A stretch of DNA of 64,000 nucleotides from Camelus dromedarius (lineage: Eukaryota), in contig NC_087437.1 of assembly GCF_036321535.1 (NCBI RefSeq), forward strand, positions 67,768,001-67,832,000, in the 5' to 3' direction. Below are positions 13,761 to 27,899 of the stretch, piece by piece; positions within the stretch are counted from its first letter, which is position 1, and the number at the start of each line of letters is the position of its first letter. The translations under genes and the position numbers were made by a program. Below the pieces are notes generated by a model. It worked only from the letters and a program-made list of their open reading frames with translations, ran no database searches and was not told the DNA's origin.

Positions 13761-14599
13761 AGTCTGATACATTCGCTAGGGAAGTTTCAATGAAAGTGAC
13801 AGAAATTAAATATGAACTGACATGAGCAAAAATAGAGAGATTTGAAAGTTCATTCACACTGACTGAGAAGGGGAGGAGTATCACTCCCATTAAGGACAAC
13901 TGGAAATAAGTACTTATATGAAGTCAGGTTCTTATTTGTTTCCATTCTGTGCTTTGTGTCATGTGCTTAATTCATTATTTCCAAGTAAAGGCTTATGTGG
14001 AGAGGTACTTAGGAAAATTAGGAATTTATAAGCAAGTCCAGATACGGATTTTCAAATGTTAGCACCAAGAAAAGAAAAGCTGTTCTTTCCTAAATCCACC
14101 TTGAAAACTAACATCAGGTCTCTGACTGACCTGAGGGTCATCTCCACCATGGACCTGTCAGCAGTCAGAGGGGTTATGGACTCTGAATGAACTAGCTCTG
14201 TGACCTTCCTTCTACTGAGCGCTGAAGGTACTATGGTGAAGAATGCTCACAAGAATTGACTGAAGAATATTTTTAAAATTTGAGTGTTATTTTAATCAAA
14301 AGAAGAAATAATTGTGCACTTCACCAGGGTATACTTACTCTATAAGATTTTGATTCCATTTCATACTGGAAAACAATATAGACTTGTAACCTAAAGGTTC
14401 CAGTGTTATTTCATTTCAGGATAACTTTCTTCCATTATGTCCATCCACTTTTGCTTGGGCCCTTGGTCTTCTTTGCAAATATATGTTATTATCTTATGGC
14501 ATGAAATTCAACCTTTTCTTCATTTATGCTCCTTTGAGACAATGTAATAGGCATTCTCTTCATTATCAAAGGTTCATCAAACTATTTTGTTAAGTAAAA

Positions 14600-16817
14600 G
14601 AGAGTGAATAATTTAAATATTGCCATAATGATATTGTGGGGAAAAACCTCCCAGTTTAGTTGCATAAAGAACAAATTTTTATCTCATGCTCATGGATCTG
14701 AGGTTCAGCTGATCATGGTTAGGTTTGTGTGGGTTTTGTTGGGCTCAACTTCAAATGGCAGGTTGGGTGTAGACCATCTCCAAGTGTCTCTCATCCTTCT
14801 TGGACCCCAAAGCTACCAAAGGCATATACTTCATATGTGAAAGGTAGGAGTACAAGAATGCAAGTTCAATGTCAAAGAACTTTTTAAGCCTTTATTTGTG
14901 TCACATCCACTAACATCTTATGGTTAAAGCAAGTCATGTGATCAAGCCCAAAGCAAGAGTTGGTTAGTTCAGTCCTTCCACCATGACAAGGGTATGGATA
15001 TACATTATCATGGCAGGAGAGTTAAGAACTGAAAATAATGCTTCAAACCTCATAGCTTCTTTGTTGGTCACAATTACTCACATATAAAATATACTCAACC
15101 CTATGTAAACCACCCCCCAAATTTTCATCAAAAGTCATAGTAGCAGACTCAAAGTCCAGGGTACGAAGATCTACATTATATACAGGTGTAATATTCCGTG
15201 ACCCAGAAACCTATGAGCTAAATGAATTTTCATCAGAATCTAAAGTACAAGTGGTATAACAAAGATAGGAGAAGCATCATAAACATTCCCATTGAGAAAG
15301 AGTGATAAGGGAATGCACATATCAGTCAATGGTCTTAGAAATTTCGTACTCCTGCTGGACAAACATTACCAAATCTACCCATACTAGGGGCACACACTGC
15401 TCTTTGATTAGTCCCTGTGCCTGCCTCTGGGAATTAATGCCATTACTCTCCATTGCTTATTTTGTGTCATCCAGGAGGTCTTTCCTTTTCCAAAGAAATG
15501 TTGGCCCCTTTGGAAGAATACATGGGAGAATGAGCTTTTTTTCAGAGCAGAGAATGTTTTAAGCTTGCTTTCCACATAGAGAAAGGAGAAGTCTCAAAGG
15601 TCTTTTTACATCCTGAACACTTTCATTCTCAGTTAGTCCAGATTAGAGAAATTTTGCCAATACAACTCTCTCAAAAACCATAAAATCTCTATGTATTTGA
15701 TTCTAGTCATTTTTATATTCCAATACCTACAACCACAATTATTTCTGAGACACATCTCTTACTTTCATTGCAATTATAGTTCCCCTGCGTGTCAGACGTC
15801 TGGGGGACCACACCCTTAAGCTTTCTAGGAGACATCCCCCATTTTTAACCAGCTGAAGACCTCTACTAGATGTTCATTTAATTCTTTCAGAGGTTTAAAA
15901 AATGGTATTATAGCCACACATTTAATTTTGTCATATTCCGAGGCTATATTTTATTGGAAGTACAAAAGAATTATTCTTTCCCCTGAGGCTATATCTTAAT
16001 AACCATATATTTAATATGGTGGAAAACAGTTTAACTTTCCAATTTTGTAGTCTTAGCATTTCTGGATTTTTCATATTTCCTCTCAATTCTATTTTTACCC
16101 TGGCCATTTTTTTCCCGTCTTAGAGAACTTTATCAAATGCTGCCTGTAGTGGCCACCTCAAGATTTCAGCAATCTACCTCAAAATCTCCTCAATCAACTT
16201 GACAAGTTCATTACATATATTTTCTGTTCTCCCCATTATCGTGACTGACAGTTTTACCAAATATTTAGCCACTATGTGGCATAGGTTGATGTTTTCTCTA
16301 CTTTTTGTAATTTTCTTCACAATTTTTCTAGCCTCCTATTATAGTATGCTTGTCACCTGCTGCCAGTTCCCACACCACTGCCACCAGTTTTAGGTTTTAT
16401 AGTAGCTTTCCTTGGTAGCAATTGTGAGAATGACACTGCATAACCAACCACCCTAAAACTCAGTGGCTTACATCAGTAAATTATTTCCTCATCCATGCAA
16501 CCATGGATGATCTTTAATTCTGCTGAAACTGAGTTTGCATACAAGCTTCAGATTAGATCCAGATCTGCACAATGTGGCTCTCATTCTCTATGGAGAGGCA
16601 AGTATCTGAGGCATGATCTTCTTGAAGCTAAAAACAAGAGTTCAAGAAAGCAAACCCCAAAATGTGAACATATTTCAAGTTTTTGCTTATGCTACCTATA
16701 CTCAAGAAAATAGGTGAGTAATAATATTCTGCTTACCACAGAGGTATGGCAATGATATGGATATATACCAGTATTAGAAGGGAATGAATAATTTAGAGCT
16801 ATAATTCAATCTACATA
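14600..16817 (-). mobile_element. MaLR element with two LTRs and internal region (MLT1I-like)
   Basis: Two similar direct repeats (~14600-15052 and ~16400-16817) sharing 'gtctctcatcct/gctctcattct', 'caagaatgcaag/caagaaagcaaac', 'ggtatggatata/gatatggatata' and ending '...caaacctcata/...caatctacata', flanking ~1.35 kb of MLT-int-like sequence. Confidence 0.7.
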
Positions 16818-17019
16818 GACACATACTTTTGTTGTTCCAGAGGAATTCAATAGACAGCTTCTAAAATCATATTTTCTCCCTGATGCATATTTATCAGGGC
16901 TTACTTATATTTAAGATTATTGAAAATAGAGACAAATAAGAGGAACACTCTTGAATCTTCATCTTAATGCCATACAGATTCTATATATTAGTCCTCTTAT
17001 ATGTCTTTGTGACCCATCA

Positions 17020-19380
17020 TATCCCTATGACTCTGGCTTTTCTGTTTCCAATGGGAGCTAATCAGAACCAGTTTAAGAGCAATTGTTGGGTTCTGATACT
17101 TCATAGGATGATAACAACAGTATAAGTAAAGTTTTGACACATCCTCAAAAATACCCATAGAGGACAAAAAGAAGAAATAAAACCACCTATGACTCATGCC
17201 TAGGACATAGAAATCACTACAAACCTTCAGTCATGCATAAACAAGGCAATAAACACCCAAATTGCACCAATATAACTCCAGAACCCATGCTTGTGTGGAG
17301 AGATAGAGGTAGAAAGAAGACACAAGAACAAGGGGACCAAGAGTAATGAGACACTAAAAAAATTACCCCTAGAAAGAGAATGCTACCTTTAGTAAGAAAA
17401 TATTGAAGATAGGTTACCAGTAACTTAGACACTAGTTATTTAAGAATTGAAAGAAGTCTGTGTGCAGGACTCAAAGTGACAGGCTCAGAATGGCACTGCT
17501 TCTGGTGAAAAGGGAGAAAACTTGGAAAGGGAAGTCTCTTTCTGAGACTTGGTAGTAACAATGGAAAAGGAAACAAGAAGTTAGATATTAAAGAGCATTG
17601 TTAAGAAAGTCAAAGGGAGGAAGTATGTATCAAAGATTGTGTATCTAGCCAAGCATTTGTCTTTAATGTCAAGGGTATATAAAAGTAGCTTTTATATACA
17701 AACAAACAGAATCACAAAATCAGAAAAACACAACTACCCCCTTCTAAAAGAATATTTTTTACTATATCAACAGAAAAGAGTGATCTCAACTATAAAACTT
17801 AGCTATCTAAGGCCCTTCAGCCACGTCTGCATACAAGTGCTTGTTAATCCCAGAATATAAAATATCTCAAGAAAAACAAGTGGTCTTCCATGTCTATGCG
17901 AAGTTATATAGAAAGAAAACAGAAAATAACAATAAAAATTTTGAGCTTATGAAAAATTTCCTAAAAGAATAGTCATGAAGCAGAAAAAAACTATAACATG
18001 TAACATTCTGACCTAGATTAAATGTTATTAACAAGCTTTTGTGGAAATGTAAAAACAACATAAATAAGAAATATTAAAACTCCCAAAATATTGAAAAAAA
18101 TCAGAAACCTGAAATAGGACCATAGTCAGAAATGCAATAGAAGGAAAAGATAAAAATCAATAAAAAATGAAGACAGGGAACAAGGCATAAAAATAGCCAA
18201 AGTACCATAAAGAAAGTTGTATAAGAGGATCAGAGCAAAGTGATCAATAAATAGAAGTAGGAAAATGAAGACCCAAGTTGCATATAATTGAAGTTCCCAA
18301 AGAATCAAAAACAATTACAATGGAATAGAATTGTTTTAAAAACTATTTTTCAGGAAAATTTCTAGAAATAAAACACCTGAGTTTACTTATTGCAAGGGCC
18401 CACTATCTCTGGAAAAACTAGGCCAGAAACTGATGACTCCAAAAAATACCATAATACAATTCTTAGAAGTTAATATTGAAAGGAAGAACAACAAAACAGT
18501 ACCCCAAGCTTCTAGACAAAAAGACCAATTCATATAATAAGGGGAAAATTAATATTGGCATCATAGTAACAACAATATACAAAACAAAAAAACAGCAGAG
18601 TAGCATTTTTCATAAACTCTAGGAAAGAAACTGAACCATAGGATTTTTTATTCAGCCATGCTATAATGAAATATTAAAGTGACAATAAATAGGACTTAAC
18701 CTGTGAGAAGCAGAAAATACTATACTCAAAAGTTCTTCCTGAGGAATCTACCAGTGAACAAGTTCTATCCAAGCTAAATGATTTCTGATTAAACTGTCAA
18801 AAAACTGATTATGACCATTGTAATACTGTAATATGACTGATGTATTAGGTTTCAATTTTGTCCTATCATTTTATGTATATTTACTATGTAACATGCCATA
18901 TTTAAAGTGTTTATCCATGTGTTTTTATTTTTCTTTAAAAGCAAAGTGGTGACAAGAAGTAAAATTATGCATATACCAAATACTCTGTCAATGCAGATGT
19001 AATGTAACTAAAACATGGAAGGAGAAGATGAGAAAAAAGAAAAATAGAAAAAAAGCCTATTGATTATTCTGTAGTAATAGGTGTCAAATGAAAACAATTA
19101 AATTTAAAAGTCAAATAGCTGAGTGATAAGAACATTAGGCATTATTAAAGGTACACATATCAAGCTAAATATGTGAAGAAAAATAAAATCTTAAATGCTA
19201 AAAAAAATTAAAAATAGAGTAAACAATAAGACCCTGCCAAAAAAGTAGGATTGTTAATATAAAATATTAAAAAACAAATGTATAAAAATTATATGGAAAT
19301 ATAATTAAGATAATTTTTTAGAATTAAAACCAAACACCAGTCATATCACTAAAATGTAAATGAGTTTAATCATACAAATC
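17020..19380 (+). mobile_element. Ancient L1/HAL1-like ORF1-region remnant
   Basis: A-rich plus strand with ORF1-type motifs ('gcatataattgaagttccc', 'ggatttttt attcagcca', 'gttcttcctgaggaatctac'). Confidence 0.55.
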
Positions 19381-21029
19381 ATATTAAAGTGATCTTTAAA
19401 TTTCCTCACAAAGAAAGTCCAAGTCTCTACTTATAAACTCTGGATAAAAATAGCTATTTGAAAGCACTGTAGAGATGGCAAAAGCAGACAGAAACAACTT
19501 TTGGAATAAGAAAATACTGGATGAATGTCTCTTTTTATGACCTTCTGGCTGAAGGCAGGCCACAGTCATGTGCATGCTGCACTGTGTTGTGCAAACGTGG
19601 CTAGAAACATGAAGCACTGCTGGTGTGACTCAGAGGGCAAGGTTCTGGGCTATTCCCACAACTGAAAAGTAAGAGGAAAATCCTGAAAAGAAGAGAGACT
19701 CAGATGGGAAGACCCAAAGTCTGTGTATAAACTCTGCCCAACTTGCTGGTTGATGTATAAACTATGATTGCACAGAGCTCATTTCAAAAAGTCCAATAAG
19801 ACTAAAATAACTGAATAGAAATTGTAGTCTACTTATCAAAGGGGAGAGCTTCGAACTTGAGTTCAGCTGATATAACTGCTAAAACAGACAGAAACAATTG
19901 GCATTCTTCAGAAGGCAATAACAATCCAGTTTCAATAATACATCAGTCACAATATGTAGTAAATATAGTGTTTAAAATTACTAGATAAATAAAGGAACAG
20001 AAAATGTGACCCACACTTAGGAGAAAAGGAAATCAACAGAAACTAAATTGGCAATGACTAAGACATTGGAGTTACCAGACAAAAATTTTGAAGCAGCCAT
20101 TGTAATTTTGTCCAATGATACAAAAAATGTATGCTCAGAATGATAGAACAGGTAGAGAATCTCAGCATAAGAATAAAAACTGTAAACAAACAAATAAAAA
20201 CTTTGTGTTAATTCCAGAACTTAAAAATAAGGTAACTGACATAAAAATTCACTGAACTGGCTTAACAGCACAATAAAGATGACAGAAGAAAAGATCATGG
20301 AATTTGAAATAGAGCAACCGAAATTATTTAACCAGAAGTATAGAAAGAAAATAACTGCAAAAAAATATGAATAGAGCCTCAGTGACATGAGTAAATATCA
20401 AAAATTTTAATGTACATCTATTTGGAGTCTGAGAAGGACAAAAGAGAAAGAAAGAATGAGACAGACATATAATCAAGGAAATGATTGGATTTCTCCAAAT
20501 GTATTGAAAGACCTAAATGTAAAGAAACAAGAAGCAAATCTCAGCAAGGTAAATACAAGGAAAAAAGACCTAGGTGAATGATTGTCACACTATTGAAAAG
20601 GTAGAGGAAAACAATGTTTAAAAGAAGTTGGAGAGTAAAAACTCCAAAACATTCATACATGGGAAAAATGATATGAATGATAAATGACATCTCAAGAGTG
20701 GAGAACAGAAGATAGGAAGACAGTGGACAATTATTTTTAAGGTGCTCAAAGAAAAAAATTCAGACAACCCACAGTTCCATATCCAGTGAGAATATCCCAA
20801 AAGTAAACCAAAGGCATTATTGGGAAAAAAAAATAATAAGAGATTTCATCACCAAAAGACATGAACTATAGGAAATGCCAAAAGAAGTACTTCATTTTAA
20901 AGTAAGATAATAATATACAGAAAGTCAGATTCGGGGAAAGGGTTGAAGAGTATCAGAAATGATAAATATGAATAAATATAAAAAGCTATATTTCTCCCTT
21001 AATTTCTTTAAAATGTGTATGACTTTCTC

Positions 21030-22670
21030 CAATTTTTACTGTAGTGAAATAAACATAACATAAAATTTTGGATATTAACTATTTTTTAAAATTGAAATAC
21101 AATGGACATATTAGTTTCAGGTGTACAATATAGTGGTTTTATATTTGTGTGTTTTTAAGTGTAAAGTTTAGCAGTAGTAAATACATTCATAATGTGCATC
21201 CATCACCACCATCCATACTTGTAGATGTTTTCATCTTGTAAAAGTGAAATTCTATACCTAGCTTCTGGCAACCATCATTCTACTTGTTGTCTTTGGCTGC
21301 TTTAAATACTTCATATAAGTAGAATCAGGGTATTTATCTCTTCTTGACTGGTTTATTTAATTTAAACACAGTGGCCTCAAGTTTCAGCAGTGTTGTAGCG
21401 TGTGTCAGAATGTCCTTCTATCTAAAGGCTGAAAAATATTCCATTGTATGTACATACCACATTTTGCTTATCCAGTCATCTGTTGTTGGATAGTTGGACT
21501 GTTTCCATGTTTTGGCTATTGTGAATAATGTTGCTATGAACATGGGTATACAAATATCTCTACGAGACCTTGTTTTCTATTCTTTGGGGTGTATACTCAG
21601 GAGAGGAATTGTGAATCATTTGACACTTATTTTTAATTGTTTGAAGAGTCACCATACTGTTTTCCACAATAGTTGTATTATTTTACATTCCCACCAACAG
21701 TGTAAGAGGGTTCCAGTTTCTCCATATCATCATCAACACTTCATATTTTCTAGGTTCTTGATAGTAGTTACCCAAGTGGATGTGAGATAGTATTATAGTT
21801 TTGATTTACATTTCACTAATATTTAGTGACGTAGTATATCTTTGGAGAATGTCTATTCAAGTCTTCTGCCCATTTTTTAACTGAGTTTTATTGTTCTTGA
21901 ATTTTAAGAGTTATCTATATAGTTGGATATTAATCAGGTTCCAGATGCCAGCCAAGGGCCACTGTGCAATCAGGTCTCTCTCAGGACAGCAGTCTTGGGG
22001 GAAAAAAGAATATATCATATTTGCAACTATTTCCCCATTCTGTGGATTTCTTTTTTTCTCTGTTGATAATGCCTTTTAATGCACAAGATTTTATATTTTC
22101 ATGAAGTCCAATTTGACTATTTTTTCTTTAGTCGCCTGTGTCTTTGGTGTCATATCCAAGAAATCATTGCCACATTCAGTATCATAAAGATTTTACCCAA
22201 TGTTTTCATTTAAGAGTTTTACAGTTTTAGGTCACACATTTAGACCTTTGTTCCATTTTGAGTTCGTTTTTTGTATGCCATTTTTAGTAAGGGTCCAATT
22301 TTATTCTTTGGCATGTGTTTATCCAGTTTTATCAGTACCAATTATTGAAAAGATTGTTCTTTCTGCCAAAAACTGACCTTGGCACACTTGTCAAAAATCA
22401 AATGACCATATAAGCAACATTTTATTTCTAGGCTCTCTATTCTTTTCCATTGGTTTATATGTCTGTCTTTATGCCAATATTACACTGTTTTGATTTTAGC
22501 TTTCTAGGATGTTTTGAAATGAGGAATTGTGAGTCCTCTAGCTATGTTCTTTTTCAAGATTATTTTTGCTATTTAGGGCCCCTTGAGATTCCATATGAAT
22601 TTTAGGATGAATTTTTATGTTTCTGCAAAAATCATTAATGGGTTTTTGATAGGGATTGCACTGAATCTGT
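21030..22670 (-). mobile_element. L1MB-like 3' fragment
   Basis: Tail 'aacataacataaaatttt', 'catccatcaccaccatccat', 'ttttacattcccaccaacagtg', 'ggtgtcatatccaagaaatcattgcca', 'gggattgcactgaatctgt'. Confidence 0.85.
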
Positions 22671-22849
22671 TGCATGTAACTATTGAAAGCAAAAATTATT
22701 GGCACTGTGTCATGTAATTTAGTTATATGTATATATAATATATATATAAAATAGCTAAATGGATGAGGGAAGTAAAATAAAATATTTAATTCCAGATTCT
22801 TACATTATATATAAAGTGATGTTACATTAACTGAAAATAGAGTGTGGTA

Positions 22850-23799
22850 TGTTTCCATGTCTTGGTGATTGTAAATAGTGCTGCTATGAACATTGGGGTG
22901 CAGGTGTCTTTTTGAAATAGGGTTCCTTCTGGATATATGCCCAGGAGTGGGTTTCCTGGGTCATATGGTAAGTCTATTCCTAGTCTTTTGAGGAATCTCC
23001 ATACTGTTTTCCACAGTGGCTGCACTAAACTGCATTCTCACCAGCAGTGTAGGAGGGTTCCCTTTTCTCCACAGCCTCTCCAGCATTTGTCATTTGTGGA
23101 CTTTTGAATGATGGCCATTCTGACTGGTGTGAGGTGATACCTCATTGTAGTTTTGATTTGTATTTCTCTGATAATTAGTGATATTGAGCATTTTTTCATG
23201 TGCCTATTGATCATTTGTGTATCTTCCTTGGAGAATTGCTTGTTTAGGTCTTCTGCCCATTTTTGGATTGGGTTGTTTGTTTTTTTCTTAAGTCTAAGAC
23301 TGGATAAAGAAGATGTGGTATATTTATACAATTGAATACTATTCAGCCATAAAAAACGACAACATAACGCCATTTGCAGCAACATGGATGTCCCTGGAGA
23401 ATGTCATTCTAAGTGAAGTAAGCCAGAAGGAGAAAGAAAAATACCATATGAGATTGCTCATACGTGGAATCTAAAAAAAAGAACATAAATACAAAACAGA
23501 AACAAGACTCATAGACATAGAATAGAAACCTGTGATTGCCAAGGAGGAGGAGGTAGGAAGGAATAGACTGGGAGTTCAAAATTTGTAGATACTGACAGGC
23601 ATATGTAGAATAGATAAACAAGATTATACTGTAGAGCACAGGGAAATATATACAACATCTTGTGGTAGCTCACAGCAAAAAAAAAAAAAATGTGACAATG
23701 AATATAAGTATGTTCATGTATAACTCAAAAATTGTGCTTTACGCTGGAATTTGACACAACATTGTAAAATGACTATAACTCAATTAAAAAGTGTTAAAA
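22850..23799 (+). mobile_element. Young L1 with 5' inversion and 16-bp TSD
   Basis: 22850-~23293 is minus-strand ORF2 sequence; 23298-23799 is the plus-strand 3' end with an A tail; TSD aaaatagagtgtggta at 22834-22849 and 23800-23815. Confidence 0.93.
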
Positions 23800-24554
23800 A
23801 AAATAGAGTGTGGTAAGATAATGATGCCTTTTGTAATCCTCAAAGCATCAGATCTGAAAATAGAATAAAAGAGGTAAAGCTAGAAAAATAGACATTAAAT
23901 TGAATTATAAAAACTACAAAATAAGCACAGAATTTTGCAGAATAGAAGCAACAGAGGGATTTTTTTAAAAAACATATGTAACAAATCGAAAACAAATAGA
24001 AAAATGGTATACCTAATTTCAATCATGAATAATTACATTAAATTTAAATGGATTAAAGTCACAATTAAAAGGCATAGATTAGCATAATGAATAGAAAAGG
24101 ATGTTCCAAATAGAACCTGTCTGCAAGAAATAAAATACAGATAAATTGACAGTTAAAGGATGGAAAAATAGAATTAGCTCAGAGACACTAATAAAAAAGC
24201 AAAAGCTAAGTTACATTTTAAAGACAAGTAATATTATAAGATAGAGACACAATTCATACTAATAGAAATGTATTATTAAAATGAAGAATGCTTCATATTA
24301 TATTACATAAAGTAGATATTCTATAATGTTATCAAGAATACATAAAATCAGAGCTATATATCCACCTAATAACTAAACTATGAGAGAAACATAAAGTAAA
24401 GATTATACTATGTATGAGGTTTCAGTTTTTCCAAATTTTTCTAACATTTGGTATTTTCAGTTTTTAATTTGTTACTTATTATGGTGGGTATGTCTTGGTA
24501 TCCTATTAGTTTTTTTTCTTTGTCTTGTCAATGGCTTTTTAGAAAATTAAGATG

Positions 24555-24990
24555 GTATTTTTTTGTATATATATATTTTTATTGAAGTATAGTCAGTTTA
24601 CAATCTTGTGTTAATTTCTGGTGTACAGCTAATGCTTCGGTCATACATGAACATACATATTTTTACTTTCATATTCTTTTTCACCATACTTTAATACAAG
24701 ATACTGAATATAGTTCCCTGTGCCATACAATATAAACTTGTTGTTTATCTATTTTATATATATTAAGTTAGTATCTGTAAATCTCAAACTCCCAATTTAT
24801 CCCTTCCCACCCCTTTCCCCCTCTCCCCAGCCCTCGGTAACCATCTGTTTTCAGTGTCTGTGAGTCTGTTTCTGTTTTGTAAATAAGTTTGTTTGTCTTT
24901 TTTTTTTTTTTTTTTTTTAGATTCCACATGTAAGTGATATCATATAGTAATTTCCTTTCTCTTTCTGGCTTACTTCACTTAGAATGGCAT
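24555..24990 (-). mobile_element. Young L1 3' UTR fragment
   Basis: Closely resembles the 3' UTRs at 11020-11420 and 32080-32470. Confidence 0.9.
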
Positions 24991-27830
24991 TATTTTTACA
25001 GAGCAGTTTTAAGTTTACAGAAAAATTGAGAGGAAGGTACAGTTATTTTTCCGTATACTCCCTCCCTCCACACATACATGTTTTTTTCCTATCATTTCTC
25101 CCTACCAGAGTGGTACATTTGCTACAATTGATGAACCTACATTGACATATCATATTTACCCCAAATCCATAGCTTACATTATGGTTCACTCTTGATGCTG
25201 TACATTCTATGGGTTTGGGCAAATATATACTCTATCCATTATTGTGATATCATGCAAAGTATTTTCAAGGTCCTAAAAATTCTCTGTGCTCCATCTTTTC
25301 ATTCCTCTTTTACCCTAACCATTGGCAACAACTGATCTTTTTATTGTTTCCATAGTTTTGCCATTTCCAGAATGTCATATAGTTGGAATTATACAATGTA
25401 TAGCCTTTACAGGTTGGCTTATTTCACTTAGTTACATGCATTTCAGGTTCTTCCCTATCTTTTCATGAGTCATTTCTTCTTAGCACTGAATAACATTCCA
25501 TTGTCTGGATATACCACATTTTATTTATCCATTCACCTACTGAAGGACTTCTTGATTGCTTCCAAGTTTTGGCAGTTATGAATAAAGTTGCCATAAACAT
25601 ATGTGTTCAGGGTTTGTATGAATGTAAGTTTTCACCTCTTTTTAGTGAGTACCAAGGAGCATGATTGCTGGATCATATGTTAAGAGTATATTTAGTTTTG
25701 TAAGAAACTGTCCCTGTCTTTCAACTTGACTATACCATTTTGCAGTCCCACTAACAATGTATTGTTGCTCCACATCCTGACTAGCATTTAGTGTTGTCAG
25801 TGTTCTGGATTTCAGTAATTCTAGTAAGTGTGTAATGGTATCCTATGGTTGTTTTAATTTACATTTCCCTAATGACATATGGTGTGAAGTATTTTTTCAT
25901 GTGCGTATTTTCCATATGTAAAATTTCTTTGCATATTTTGGATAACAGTGCTTTATCAGATGTGTTTTTGCAAATATTTCTTCAAGTCTGTGTTTTGTCT
26001 TTTCATTCCCTTGACTTTGTCTTTTACAGAGCAAAAGCTTCTAGTTTTAATGAAGCAGGTAATCAATTGCTTCTTTCATTGATCGTGCCTTTGGTGGTGG
26101 ACTAGACAGTCATTGCCACACCCAAGGTCATCTAAGTTTTCTCCTATGTTATCCACTAGGAGTTATATAGTTTTGCATTTTAAATTTAGGTCTGTGATTC
26201 ATTTTGAGTTAATGTTTGATAAGAGTGTAATGTCTGTATCTAGATTCATTTTTTTTTCTTGTAGATATCCAGTTGTTACAGCAATGTTCGTTGAAGACAC
26301 TATCTTTGCTTCATTGTATTGCCTTTGCTCCTTCATCAAACATCAATCTACTATATTTATATGGGCATATATCTGGGCTCTCTATTCTGTTCCATTGACC
26401 TATTTGTCTATTCTGTCATCAGTACCACACTGCATTGATTACTGTAGCTTTAAAGTAAGTCTTGAAGTCAGGTATTGTCAGTCTAACGTTGTCTTCAATA
26501 TTACGTTGTCTATTCTGGGTCTTTTGCTTTTCCATATAAGCTTTAGAATCAGTTTGCCAATATCCACAAGGACAATTTCTGGTATTTGGGTTGGGAATAC
26601 TTCAGATCTATAGATGAAGTTGTAAAGAACTGATATCTTGACAATACTGAGTCTGTTCATAAACATAGAATATATCTCCATTTCTTTAGCTCTTCTTTGA
26701 TGTTGTTTATAAAAGTTCTGTTGTTTTCCTTGTGTAGATCTTGCACATATTTTATTAAGTTTGTACCCAAGTATTTTGTTTTCAGGAATGCTAAAATAAA
26801 TGGTTTTGTTTTTAATTTTAGATTTTATTTGTTCATTTTTGATATATAGAAAAGCAATTGACTTTTGTATATTAACTTGGTATCCTGCAACCTTGTTATC
26901 ACTTATTTTTTCCAGAAGATTTTCATCACTTCTTTTGCATTTTTTCACATAGTCATGTCATTTGCAAACAGAGATAATCTTATTTCTTTTTTCCCAATCT
27001 GCAGTCTCTTTTCTTTTCTTTTTTCCTTTCCTTTCCTTTCCTTCCCTTATTGCATTAGATAGAACTTCTAGTATGATGTTGAAAAGGAGTGCTGAGAGGG
27101 GACATTCTTGGCTTGTACTTAATTTTAGTTGGAAAGCTTTGAGTACCTCACCATAAAGTATAATGTTAGCTGTAGATTTTTTGTAGATATTGTTTATAAA
27201 GTTGAGGACGTTATCCTCTATTCTTAGTATAATGAGAATTTTTAGCATGAATGGATACTAGATTTTCTCAAATGTGTTTTCTGCAACTGTTGATATTATT
27301 ATGTGATTTTTCTTTTTTAGCCTGTTGATGTAATGGATTACATTGACTAATTTTCAATGTTGAACTAGACTTTCATACATGGGATAAGTCCCACTTGGGA
27401 GTGGTATACATAATTGTTTTATACATAGTTGGATTTAATTTTCTAATATTTTGTTGAAAATTTTTGCAACCATGTTCATGGGAGATATTGATGTGCTGTT
27501 TTCTTATAACATCTTTGTCTGGTCTTGGTGTTAGGGTAATGATGGCCTTATAGAATGAATCATGAAGTATTTTTTCTGGTTCTATTCTCTGAAAGATTGT
27601 AGAAAATTGGTATAATTTCATCCTTAATTGTTTGGTAGAATTCACATCTGGGTATGCTACTTTCAGTTTTAGAAGATTATCCACTTCTTTGTTCTCTTTG
27701 CTTTTTGGTTTTCCAGGATTCTAGTGATATATCCTCTAGCTCAGAGTTTCTTTCCTCAGCTGTGCCCAATATACTAGTAAGCCCATCAAAGGCATTATTC
27801 ATGTCTGTGATAGTAGTTTTTATTCATAAA
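24990..27830 (-). mobile_element. L1MC1-like element (3' UTR, ORF2, then an ORF1-like piece)
   Basis: Tail 'tttacagagcagttttaagtttacagaaaaattgag'; ORF2 RT remnants (26958-27248 'QECPLSALLFNIILEVL'; 27373-27684 'SFYKAIITLTPRPDKD'). Confidence 0.85.
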
Positions 27831-27899
27831 TTGGGAGACCTAGTCACCACTGGAAAAAACTACTGATGCAACCAACAATGTTGATGACTTTTAAAAATT

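Larger units (their letters stand above)
19450..24400 (+). mobile_element. Old L1 5' UTR/ORF1/start of ORF2, interrupted by two younger L1 insertions (21030-22670 and 22850-23799)
   Basis: ORF1-like 'aaaaattcactgaactggcttaacagca', 'gaatagagcctcagtgac', 'gacagtggacaattatttttaaggtgctcaaag'; resumes after 23816 with endonuclease-start-like 'ttaaatttaaatggattaaa'. Confidence 0.7.
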
